A DNA stretch of 61,096 bases, the filler included, from Sphacelaria rigidula (lineage: Eukaryota), in the NCBI GenBank assembly GCA_964200075.2. It is 5 parts of 5 records of this genome, joined end to end, with 100 filler letters (N's around TTAATTAATTAA, not from the genome) between each part and the next. Parts side by side here need not be neighbours in the genome. Positions count along the whole stretch, not along the records: positions 36,723 to 48,861 come from CAXNAA020004088.1; positions 48,962 to 61,096 come from CAXNAA020004089.1; 3 more parts are not named here. One strand, 5' to 3'. Under the pieces are notes generated by a model. It did no database searches and was not told the DNA's origin. It was given only the letters and a program-made list of their open reading frames with translations. Shown piece by piece: positions 39,915 through 51,268 of this stretch; position 1 is the stretch's first letter, and every line of letters begins with the position of its first letter. A program made the position numbers and the translations under genes.

Positions 39915-40240
39915 GAGAAGCAGAATTCGGGGACATCTTACCGACACTCGCTTGCTGTGGTGTGGAATCCGGAGCCAGGGGAAGCGCTTGTTGTGTAATG
40001 GGAATATTATCAGAGGGAATCTTACTGACACCAACTCGCTGTGGACTAGAAGCGAAATCTGTGGGAATCTTACCGACATTAACTCGCTGTTGAGCAGAAG
40101 CAAAATCTGGGGGAAACTTATGGACACGAGCAAGTTGGGGAGCAGAATCAAAATCCGGGGGAATCTCACTGACACCAACTCGCTGTTGATCAGAATCAAA
40201 ATCCGGGGGATTCTTACCAACACTAGCTTGTTGTGGGATG
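39915..40240. repeat. 48-bp minisatellite (~5-6 units) inside the Copia-type element
   Basis: Unit gggaatctta.cgacac.aactcgctgttga.cagaa.caaaatc.gg; translates on - as QQRVGVSEIPPDFDSA-type 16-mers. Confidence 0.85.
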
Positions 40241-41290
40241 GATGTAGTATCACTCTCAGTGGCGACAACGGGAGTGACTACTAGAAGCTGTCCATAGGTT
40301 GATGGCAGGCGTGTGGAAAATTGTGATGATGAACGGTCGTTGTAGTCGAAACGAAGTTTGCCGTCGAATAGATAAATGCACACCTACTTTATCGCTGACG
40401 ACTTGTTGGCTCTTTTGAGCCCTGTGGATATGGAATAGGTTAAACTGAATTCCCTCCAAAACATACACATCCGTTAGCAGTACACACACTGCATCAACAT
40501 GGGGAGAGTTGTTCGCACGTGCTTGATGAAATTTCAACTTGAGATTCCCTACAGCCTTAACCGGTAGCACTTTACCATCCCCTAGAACAACATTCTCTTC
40601 CCCCACTGGTGGAGGACGAGTATCGAAAGCGTCGGTCATGTTGCCAGTAATGTGGTGCGATGTACCTGAGTCTGCAATCCATATTTCTGAATCAGAAGGG
40701 GGCGAGGATTTCATCTGATGCAGCATCCTATTCCTCACATCGAAATTACCCAAACTGAAAACTGATTTTTCCGGTGCGGCAGAAAGCGCCATGTACACAT
40801 TACCACCAGGGTTATCAGCACGCGGAAGCTCGGCAGTTGAAGTTTGGTGGGGGTTCACCGGATAAGAATATTGGTCGGATGACTCGTGGTAGAGTGGCGA
40901 GTATGATGGTGGCTGTGCAGCGGAGGAAGGATCATGGTGGGATTGGTCTGGCGGTGGATGTTGTGATGGGTAGCAGGGGGGATGTTCGGTGATGGTGGTA
41001 GGTTGCGGCTGCAGTTGATGTTGAAAGGTATGGTACTGTACTGTGTGGGCAAAGCCGGCATCGTTGAAAGCATCGTCCTCATAGACAGAGCTATCAATGC
41101 TCTCATGGTGCTGGTGGGCGGGATTAGTCTGCTGAGCGGTGTTGGCTTGTGGTGGATGGTTGTGCATGTGGCGTTGTGGATGCGGGTAATGGGATTGTGA
41201 TGATATATGGTTGGTTGTTTGGTTGGACTGTTGTTGGTGGTGTGTTGGGCCCTGATTACCTGAGGAACGGGAGTGATCTGGGCCTGTGTA

Positions 41291-41840
41291 CAGTAGTGGG
41301 CGATCTAACTGTTCAGGGATGTTTTGCGATTTTCCTCGCGTACTATTCTTCGATAGAACTCTAAATTGCTAGCGTCGGTAGATTTTGGTACGATAAATAT
41401 ACCAATCTCAAAACACAGTGCCTAAGTCAGCTTCAGTTGGTATTATCGGGCGATACGAGAAAATATCCCGTTTTATCAGGAGGGCGTTATTGACCGTGAA
41501 ACACTGTTTTTCGGCTCTAGTGCAATGAGTAGGTAGAATTTGAAAAAAATAAAATTGTACATGTAATCATAAATATGATCGGGACATGCTCGATCGACCG
41601 AAAATACCGAATAGTAAGAATCTGAGCTGAAACGTGGCAGGACCCCCATGACCGGTCAGGCCGTAAGTCACTCAATATTGAGTATAAGTGATATTTTTTT
41701 CTTGAAATGTGGAGGGTATACAAATATTTTCAGATCCTCAATGTGATATGCGGTGGCAAGCGAAAAGAGCCCAAGATAATAACCAATTACGGAAAAATCA
41801 CAAAATGCCACAAAATGAATAGTTATATCGCCCACTACTG
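41291..41840. mobile_element. Tc1/mariner-type MITE (550 bp) nested in the Copia-type element
   Basis: TA|cagtagtgggcgatctaact ... agttatatcgcccactactg|TA; 20-bp TIR with one mismatch; AT-rich interior. Confidence 0.85.
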
Positions 41841-44035
41841 TATGTTGGTTGGTGTTGCTGGGTGTGGTGATGCTGGACGTTGTGATGCTGCGCGTGGCGT
41901 TGGCGAGGAGGGCAGTTAGGACAATTGAATGGGCAACGAATTTGGTAGGTTCGTTGATTGGTTTGGTTTACCATACCACGGCGAGGTCCCGACCGATTCC
42001 ACGGACTGTGTGGTCGCCATGGCTGTTGTCTCGGGGAATACCACCCCCCTCGACCACCATGACCACCGCTGATATGTTGTTGTGGGCCATGATTGGAGTG
42101 GAAACTGGGTTGTTATGGGGAATTGGTGCGGTTTGGTGGGATGTTGTGGTAGTTGTGTTGATTTTGGGAATTGTGCGATCTTCGGTTCCCTCCGTTCTGC
42201 CTTCTGCCTGGTGAGCCATGACCCACGCCACCATTAGCACTAGAGGCGAAAGGTGCATGATTCAAGGTTGTCTTCTGCCTCTCTCTTGACAATTGTTCTT
42301 CAACATACGCATTTCCTAGTTGGCGGGTGACCTCTTCTATGCCTATATCACGTAGTGCTAATAAATTCCCACGTTCACGGGTGCTCGTATTCTGATGAAA
42401 GGCATCGAACAATATTCCTGTTCATCTCAGAGTCCGAGAGAACTACACCGAATTCTTCGCGCTTCGTGCGAATGAACTCTGCCCGCGAGATAAAGTTCAT
42501 CGGTAATTCACCGTCAGCCATCTGCAACGTTTGCCATTCGCACTCCAATTTGGCTTTTTCCGTGGCTTCTGGAATCCTGTAGTACTTGCCGATGTAATCC
42601 CACGCTTAGCTTGGGTTCGCAAGCATATCGATGTGCCTTACCAAGGGGGGATAAAGGTTACCTTATCGAGAAATATATCCATGGCCTTTTTGGCTTTGTC
42701 GACAGCTACGTTTCCGAAATGTGCTCGCAAACCCTCCTCGTGTTCACGGTGTGTTCTGATAGGGTTGTCACCTGACAAAGCGTCATAGCAGTTTTCATCC
42801 TTGAAACAAGCACACATCTGAATGTAAAAGACATCGAACCCGTCCTTGGCATTAGTGGCTGTGGCAGCCTTTTCATCCCAAGGTGGAATGCTTTTGTTGC
42901 TGCGAACACGGTGGGAATTGGGGTTGTGGAAGGGACTAATGCCGAGATAGCACCCCCACAAAACGTGAACCGGATACCGCCCGACAAACCGGCTGCGATT
43001 CCACTTTTGCGCTCGTTTTCAGCAACTTCTCCCACATGAGAGGCGTGCAGCAGTCCGAATTCAGCTATAACGCCCAAATGAGTCGCGTCGTGCAGCACAA
43101 AACCAACTCAAACGGCAAATATGACCATCGCCTCTGTGCACTTTTTTGGTCGGTTCGGGGGGGGGGGGCTATCTCGGCAGCAGTCAATGGTGCTTGCTGT
43201 GCTGTATTAGCAGGCATCACCGGGGTACTGTTCATTCTCTGTTGCATTCTGTTCATCTGCTCAGTTAGGAGTCTCACTTGCTCTTCCATCGTCGTGGGGT
43301 GCTGATACTCTTCCATATTAAAACCTAGTGAAATCGTCAACCTTACTTAACCTTTACTCAAACCTGAAAACCTTCACACACCTCGCTCAAAAACTCTTCA
43401 ACTCAAACTCTCCTCTTGCTCAAACTCTCTCCAATCTCAAACCTTCTGCAACGGCGGTAAATCTCTTCCGCTAGCGTAATTAAACGCTCTGATGCGGGGG
43501 TCATTGTCCACACAGCTCAAGTGCGTGCACAGCGGTCAGCACCTTCGTTCAGGTAGATGGCAGTAGTCTAGACAGGTCTAGAACACGTTTCGATTATTTC
43601 TCTTCACCCTGTTTACTCCTTCAGACTCCACTCAACCTCATTCAGTCACACAATAACACACGTTCGATCTCTCCCACTCAATACCACACACACGGACTCA
43701 CCACATACACTTGTGTAAGCCCCCAGAGCAAGGCAGAAAGATGGCACCCAGAACCAAGACTGACTGACCGACGTGGGCGATGCCTATATCCTGCATCAAT
43801 CTTGTTCATGACAGAGCGTGAGCATATTCAATTATACCTACGGCTTGGTATCATTTGGCTACAGCACCCCCAAAGCGAGTTCAAGACAAACGAGCGAGCT
43901 TGACAACCAACAAAAATCCAAGGTGAAATCGCATGCGCCAGATCACAAAGAAATACCATACTCCGCCGCTGATTTACTGGTCAGCGCCCGAGTCAGCCAC
44001 ATTTTACGCAGTTCCTTAAAAAAGAATTCAGGCGC

Positions 44036-44288
44036 GACCAATGCTACGATAGGGGTTGCACGTTTTGTTTCTGGGTCTCGTTTTTGTAGGAGCCCAAATA
44101 TATGGGGCTTACTGTACGACCCAAATTTCCGAGGGCAGGACATGGAGATGCACACAGGGGCCTTTTAGTGAATCGGCATCATTTTCAGTCTTTTTCAAGT
44201 GAAAATGATGCTGATTCTCAAAATGATGCTTGCAATACCCCGAGAAACATTTTCGCTCGAAACGTGCAACCCTACCGTAGCATCACTC
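44036..44288. mobile_element. MITE with GA(G)..CTC ends and 4-bp TSD (Sola-like), inserted in the Gypsy pol C-terminus
   Basis: GCGC|gaccaatgctacgatagggg ... ccctaccgtagcatcactc|GCGC. Removing it rejoins ..RKIHPSA-PEFFFKELRK.. Confidence 0.8.
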
Positions 44289-47200
44289 GCGCAGAAGGAT
44301 GAATCTTGCGAAGAGACTCCCACGTACGTTCTCCAGCACCAAACCCTTCCCAATCGATCAAAACAATGACATCACCATTGTCATCCTCAGCGACGTGCAC
44401 CAAAGCACTCATCCGACATTCACCTTGAGCATACGAATGCTGAAATACATCTTTTAGTTCCGCAGTGATGTGCAACTGCGAATCAGCATAGAAACGTAAA
44501 CGAGTGACATGGGCCGAGTACACGGCACCAGAAACAATGTTCTGCACCGAATATACGTGAGCATGATCGGCTCCGACCACTCGCCACGGACCTGTCCACG
44601 TGGATATCAACTTTGGCGTCACACCTTGCCTATGAATACGGGCATACAATACGAAATCGCCACCTGCAAACTCGGGCAACCCAGCCTGGCCCTGAGCAAG
44701 CTTGCGTTTGGTTTCGCGAGACACCGCGACAGCAGCTTGCACTTCGTTACAAAACCGCACTTGCTTGTTAACCACGCCTCAAACCTTGTCACGCAACGAA
44801 TCCGCATCCATGATATCGACGTTCCACTCGCCGCCAGTGACAGAAGCCAGCGCGGAAAACGCTGTACGCGGCGCACGTCCAAACATCACACAATACGGAG
44901 TGTTACGGTAGCGTCCACGAAAAGAAGTATTCAACGCCCACTGAGTGCCTGGCAAAACATCAACCCATTCAGACACCGGCCGTCGCTGTTCCGACAGAAT
45001 AAACCGCAACGCACGAATAACCTCTTTCACCATGCGTTCACAAGCACCATTCGACCAAGGGGTATACGCAAGAGCAAACTGGTGTTGCACCTTGAGCGCG
45101 TCGCTCAGCTGCGCAATCACTCAATTCTTGAAATAGTGGTGGTATCACTAACCCAAACACGCGGCACCCCCAGAGTCTTGCACCAATGGAGCAAGTGCTT
45201 AGCCGTAACCTTGGCGGTGCAAGCCTTGGTCGGCTCCAAGCAAACGAAATTGGACAAATCATCCATGATAACCAAAACATACCGACAACTATCCTCCTCA
45301 GGCAAACCATTAGCATCTTCAGGTCCACTACTTCCGATTTACAGAAAAGAAAAAGTGAACAACTTCACCTGGCGCAGAAGCATGCACAGTATCACCATAC
45401 GGGCGAGGTACAATCTCACCAGCACGAGTGTCTACACAATGCAAGCACTGGCGAACGAACTCGCGAACGTGGGAACCCAGGTGAGGCCACACACAGCATT
45501 CTTTCAAACGAATCATAGTCGGCGCCACACCACGCGGTGACCAGCCGACCGCATGTGAGCGCACACCACCAAGCGAGTTTGTAGAGCCTAATCTTCTGAC
45601 GGAATCCACAAAACATCGTTACTGACGACACGCACGCGAAACAAACCATTGTCAGCCAAAGTAGCTTGACCGAAAGTCGTACCAAAAGAATGAACACCGT
45701 CGCGGATTGTTTTGCGCTGCGCGGTACGAATGACATCTAACGAGGGCGGCGAATCATCGGCATCAAACGGGCTGTACACGGCAACAGAACGAATAGGCAT
45801 GTTAGTAACCTTCATCAAGCGAGACAACAAATCTCCGCAATAAATGCGCTCTCCAGGAATGTGCTCACTGACATACCGATATTGTAATTGGGCTCGCGGC
45901 AACTCCCGCATGTCTTCTTGGCTTGGCATCATCCCCGGAGACTGTTGCACTTGCGCGTTCACCGCCTGATAGTCGCTGACCAAACGGAATGTGTCCCTCT
46001 TCGGCACCGCCATCGTCGGGCTCGCCCACACAGCCTGAATATTCCTAACCAGCAAACCGAAAGCAACCAAAACTGCGATGCATGAAGCAAGCCACACGGT
46101 CTTCACCGGATCGCAGCGGCGAGGCTTGGCCTTCACAGCCCCCTTCATTGACTCCACGCGCGCTGGCGGATCACCGCGCAGCGCATGACGAAATGTATCT
46201 ACGCGACGAGCCAAAATATCGCGCAGACAATGTGAGCCATCGGCGCTCAGGCCCTTCTGCTCGGCCTGCCCCACACTATCCTCAAGCGCGCATTTTCTTG
46301 AACCTCTCTCCTCTGCCGGATCCATGACAATATTCGGCCCCCGATCGACCCAGCGCTCTACCGCTTCATCAGCAGGAGCTTCCTTCTCATTGGCGCCCTG
46401 GAATAACCGTATGGATACGATCACACGCCTTGCAGCAAGGTAACTGGGGTTTTCCACGCTGATTTGCACCGGCACAGCACGCGGACGTAACTTCTTCAAC
46501 GCCAGCGGATATAGATCAAATCCAACTCCTTCATTGTCGCAATCCCAAATAGAACGACGATGTCCCTACCGGGTATGACAGCGAACGTAATGGGCTGCAA
46601 CTGTACAGCCTCCCACGGCGTACGCACGCTAGCGGTCATTGGCTCCGTTTTGTGTGTAACCGTCACGGGAGCACCCGTGGCGGTCTGTGCCGTTTGCGGT
46701 CCGTTTTCGAACGGAATCTGAAGCTAAGCGCCGCCAAACTGCGAAGATATCTGTTCCAGCAAGCCCACACCGATCGACGTGAGCGCGGACCCAGATCCAG
46801 AATAACGTGGTACCAGGCAAGGCTAAATCTGCGCGTAAGCATTCAGCCTTGCAATCGACAGGTATCACGCCTGCCGAAGAACCCTGTTCTGTCCCAAGAG
46901 TCACCTGACGCCAGAGCTGCCCTCCAGCACTTGGCATCGATAGCTGCGAATCGTCGATCCACCCAGACCAAGTCGTCGAATATGCAGACGGCGCTGTTAC
47001 AGCGGTCGCAGTCGTAGGAAATGCACCAGTCACGGATCCTGCCTGGCCGACGAGGGGTTGCGAGCTATTCGCTCCAGCACTCCCCGCTGAATTATTTGCA
47101 TTTCCCACGTACACTGTCCGCCCCGCTACGGACGAACCATAAGATCCAGAGTCAGCACCTGATGCCGTAGTGGAAGAAACAGCAGCGGAGGAACCACCAT

Positions 47201-48479
47201 CCGCCGCCGATTGCTTGCTACCGCGGCCGCCGCGCCCGCGTCCCTGATTGGCACGGCCCCGTCCACCGTGACGACCGCCCCGAGATCCTGACAAATTTCG
47301 TGCATTGCCCTGCGCCGCGCCTTGAGCGTGAGGCTTAGGGTAGTCCTTGATCATATGTACGGTGTCAACGCAGTTGTAACACGCGCGAGTGGACGACTCT
47401 CGCGAAGACTGCTGCTGTTTCTGTTGCTGTTGGTGTTCGCGGCGCATATCACCTGCACTTGCCGTAGAGTCGCGCCGGTCATGTGCTTCAATAAACTTCC
47501 ACTGGTCGGCCGCCTCAAATGTTGTTTTTAACACCACGGTCGGGTTCTTTTCTCAGCCGTCAACATACGCTAGTACACTTCTAACGTACGCCTTGAATTC
47601 CGGAGGCAAAATCCCGTCCACCAAAGCTATGGAAACTGACTCGGCCGGGCCTGGCAACCAACTCCTGTCCTCCGCACGGTACATGGCTTGCCCCATCAAA
47701 TTTTCTGCAAAAAAACGTTCCATATCTGAACTAACCATCATAGCACGATCCTTCACAGACTTTCCATCGCTTTGCTTCATTGTAAGTACCCTACGCAGGT
47801 CTGCTGCAGCCCGCGTAGCGTCATACTTTCCATCGGTTGTAGTATACCCGGCATGCTGCTTCACAGCATCAAGCAATTCATCGGGGGTCATAACCCGACC
47901 GTCCTTGTACACGTCTTCGAAGCAGCGGTTAATGTAGACAGGAATGAGTTGCCCTATGTTAACTCTCTTATGCCGTATAATTCCTTGTCCATTAGCGAGA
48001 CTCAGATGCCGTATGTATATCCTATGCTTCAAACACTTCACGCAGAGACTCTTGCCTGACTTGTGCGTCCTCCAGCTCCCGGAACGTCCCCCTCTGCTGT
48101 GCGCTCCAAGTTGGTCTCCCCCTGTCTGTGGGCTAAACTGGCTCTAAGCTGCTGCCCAAATTTTCTCCTCAGCCAAAACTCCTCTAATAGAGTGCCGGAA
48201 GAATAATATCTAGATATTATTGCCTCTGCCAGACGATCTGGTCAAGAGGGCTGTCCGCGAGGCATTCCTCCAGTAGCACTGACCTCGTGCTCGACAGGTC
48301 CTTTCTTCTCACTTCTTATTATCACGGAGTGATCCTTTACAGACCACATCAAGAGCTAAACAGCAAGGGGCCACACAGATGAGGGTCATCAATCCAGGGT
48401 CCCCTGTCCCCTGCCACTGCTCCAATCATGCATGCGATTATACTGAAACCTACGGCTTGGTATCATTTGGCTACAAAAC

Positions 48480-48610
48480 GTAATGAGCGCCGGAATGTTA
48501 GAGGTGACTCTATTAGGAGAAGGAAAGGTGCTTCGTCTCGAAATGGATGCGTGGTCAATATTCAATTGACTGAGGCAAGGAACAAATACCCCCCCCCCCC
48601 TCCCCCCAGA
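48480..48610 (+). mobile_element. LINE 3' end, right part (continuation of 36830-37694)
   Basis: Removing the Gypsy and one AAAC restores CNVWKK-RNERRNVRG..GCVVN; ends in a C-run. Confidence 0.8.
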
Positions 48611-48861
48611 ACCAGCCTAAAACTGTTAGGAAGAAAATGATCAAACAGCGCCTGATGTTCGATTTCAGGCTGCATGAAGCGCCTCATATACATGGGGCGA
48701 CATTGGCGAAAACGAACCCAAGCGTGAAAATTCCCAGCTACTCGTTGTGGTCGGCTATTATCATTTCGATTTACGTGTAGATTTTTCCTACCAAAACCAG
48801 CCACTCTTTTGGGGGGGGGGGGGGGGTGGTACTCTTTTATTATATTTTTAATACCAAAAAG

Positions 48862-48961
48862 NNNNNNNNNNNNNNNNNNNNNNNNNNNNNNNNNNNNNNN
48901 NNNNNTTAATTAATTAANNNNNNNNNNNNNNNNNNNNNNNNNNNNNNNNNNNNNNNNNNNN
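48862..48961. other. Artificial 100-bp contig linker
   Basis: N44-TTAATTAATTAA-N44. Confidence 0.98.
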
Positions 48962-48976
48962 GTACCTCCTTTCCAG

Positions 48977-49377
48977 GACGATTTGACTTGGAATTTCGTG
49001 CAAGAAGTGGCCCATAATACCCCCCTCCCCCTATCGTAGGATGACTCGAACAATGAATTCGGTTAGAGAGTGTTTGCGCACAAAATGTGTCCTCCTATTC
49101 ACCCTTCTACTACTTCCAGTGTATACCTTTTGATCGCGGGCTCTCCGTCCCGAACCCCAATTTACTTCAAACGAGGTCTGCGATAAAATATAACCTTCTG
49201 TTTCAAATATTTTTTTTCTTGGATTGCTGACACCGACAACTTCACTTCAGTCTCAACTAGTGGCTATTCCCAGACATAACGGATACGTGGAATAGAAATC
49301 CAGCTTGTAGGACACGTTGGTTTCAGCGCAAGGGAATCCGGGCCAGAAAGTGTTAATAGTCATACGAGGGAAAGGAG
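48977..49377 (+). pseudogene. Two exon-like segments (48977-49061, 49261-49377) with in-frame TAG codons
   Basis: Acceptors ttccag and caactag, donors G|gttaga and G|gtgaca, matching phase 1. TAG at 49037, 49293 and 49308. Confidence 0.35.
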
Positions 49378-49479
49378 GTGACAAATGGGATTCTTTTTTC
49401 ACGGACGCTGTTATCAAATTGTGAGACGGTATTTTCAACCCTGCGTTCCTCGACCTTCATTAAGCTGGGATACGCAGAG

Positions 49480-50868
49480 CACACGTGGACAGATAGCACC
49501 CTGTAGGACGTGCTGCATAGGGTTCTTCGCAGTCTTTGTGAAAACCTCTGTACAACATTTGCAAACCCTAGTACCTCTACCAGCACGTTGTGTAGTGTTT
49601 TTCTCGAGACCCTGTAAGCAACCCTGTGGAGAGGTACCCCCAATTTGAAAATTCCAAATTCATTTGCTACACAATCCATGAATTTATTTATTTACAGAAG
49701 CTATCCGAAATAATTGCCTTTATTGCCCGACTTCCAATAGGGCAATCGGGCAAAGAAAGGATTTATTTTGGACAGCAGAAGAATCTATTGTTGAACAGCT
49801 TCATCTGCTACACAAATCATATACATATGTACGGGATTTGTGGAGCAGATGAAGCTGTTTACGATTTTGTTTTTTTGCCCAATTTGACTGGGCAAAAAAT
49901 ATATATATATATCTTGAACTGCTTCATCTGATCCACAAATCCCGTACACACTGGCAGGTTTGGAATATATACAGGAGAAGAAGCTCGAAATAATTCCTCA
50001 CTTCGCCCGCTGATTCACCCGGGAATTGGGCAAAAAGAGAACAGATTGCGAACAGCCTCAACTGTGCAAGTTTCACACACTGCACCGTAATCAGCGGATG
50101 GGATCCAAGGCGCCGCAAAGATTGTTGGAAATAATTCACCCTCTTGCCCCCAATTTATATATCAATTGGGCTAACGGTTACAATTCTCAACAGCTTTTGC
50201 TGAATACAAATCTCAAACACTGCTTACGAGTGTATGTCCACACGCCTGAGCTTAGATACGATGCTTTGGCTTTAGGCGTGGATGCTGCAATGAAGGTGTA
50301 TACCTCGCATATCTATGCAGGTAGTTCATTAAACCCCCGTTGTCCACTGTCTACCAACAAGACAAACCAAATGATGTTTAGAAAAAAAATACTTAATCAA
50401 TCATGCTTTTGTTTATGGAGGTTTTTGCTTGCTTTTTAATAGAAGTACAAAAATTCATGTGACGTCAACAACGATCCATAAGGGGTTCAATTTTTGTCTC
50501 GTCTCATCCCCGATCACGAAATCGCGAGTTCAATCCCCCCCCCCCCCCATTTGACCGTTTGTTTCTGCCAGTACCGTGCCCATACGGTATGGTGAAGTAT
50601 ATTGTATGTGCGCCAAAACACTGCACAGCATATTAACGACAATGAACAGCACACAGGGTAACGAAACCCTGTGAAACGTACTGTGCGGCGCGAAAAAATA
50701 CCCTACAGCCCAACCCCCGCGAGAAACACTGCACCGTTTCCCCGAAACCCTGTGAAGCGTGCTGTGGGCGCAAAAAAACACCCTACAGCCAAATCCCCAG
50801 GAGAAACACTGCACAGTTTCCCTGAACCCTGTAGACGTGCCTCACAGGGTGCTATCTGTCCACGTGTG
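49480..50868. mobile_element. Non-autonomous CMC-superfamily (CACTA/Chapaev-like) DNA transposon, 1389 bp
   Basis: AGAG|cacacgtggacagatagcaccctgt ... acagggtgctatctgtccacgtgtg|AGAG; perfect 25-bp TIR; subterminal tandem repeats at 50664 and 50745. Confidence 0.8.
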
Positions 50869-51268
50869 AGAGTGGCACCAACACACTCAAAATCAGCAAT
50901 ACTGCCGAGGAGCGCCAACGGCCGTGGCATCGGAGTCTTTTCATACGCGCATGACAATACATACACGCACTTGTTCGAGTTTGAATACAGTTGTTCGAGT
51001 TTGAATGGCCAGAATCCTCATGCGCGTAGCCATTTGCGACATGAACATATTTTCCTCCGATCTTGTCATAGCATGTTGACCTCGAAGTACTGATGGCCAA
51101 TCTTTGAATCGTATATCTTTCAGGAGAACGCCCTAGGCCTTCTGCTGTTTGACTACGAAGTATTATAGTAATTATCAGTTGAAATGTGCACCATTTTTTA
51201 GTGTCATTGCAACTCGCTCCCAGTGCACGAATGCTCCAGATGAAAATAAGATTCCAACCGCTACGCAG

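Larger units (their letters stand above)
37929..43834 (-). mobile_element. Non-autonomous Ty1/Copia-type LTR element (gag + protease only) nested in the Gypsy 3' LTR; LTRs 37929-38411 and 43477-43834
   Basis: Near-identical direct repeats (483 bp; 358 bp plus a 125-bp deletion). PPT cagggggg just inside the left LTR. UBN2-like gag fragments at 43340-42250. Copia protease WIADSGTSHH..VLGDGKVLPVKAVG at ~40690-40400. No integrase or RT recognisable. Confidence 0.88.
37695..48475 (-). mobile_element. Ty3/Gypsy LTR retrotransposon with chromodomain, degenerate; 5' LTR 48218-48475, 3' LTR split as 37695-37928 + 43840-43863; TSD AAAC
   Basis: Both LTRs are 258 bp after removing the nested insert. 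AAAC at 37691-37694 and 48476-48479. Order is gag (CYNC..H knuckle), RT fragment (FRLVSDY), RNaseH tail (EHIPGE..DLLSR), integrase (AYTPWSNGACERM, WTGPW), chromodomain (WEGF..ERTWE). G-rich PPT at 43864-43873. Confidence 0.9.

Noticed and set aside
39915..40240. CRISPR-like array
   Set aside because: Contiguous degenerate 48-bp units without unique spacers, inside a retroelement, with no cas genes
44509..45540. 343-aa + strand ORF
   Set aside because: Antisense shadow of the Gypsy integrase region
49037..49310. TAG-to-Gln genetic code reassignment
   Set aside because: NDUFAF3 and the phosphatase appear to terminate at TAG and their exons have no internal TAG; mutation is the simpler explanation
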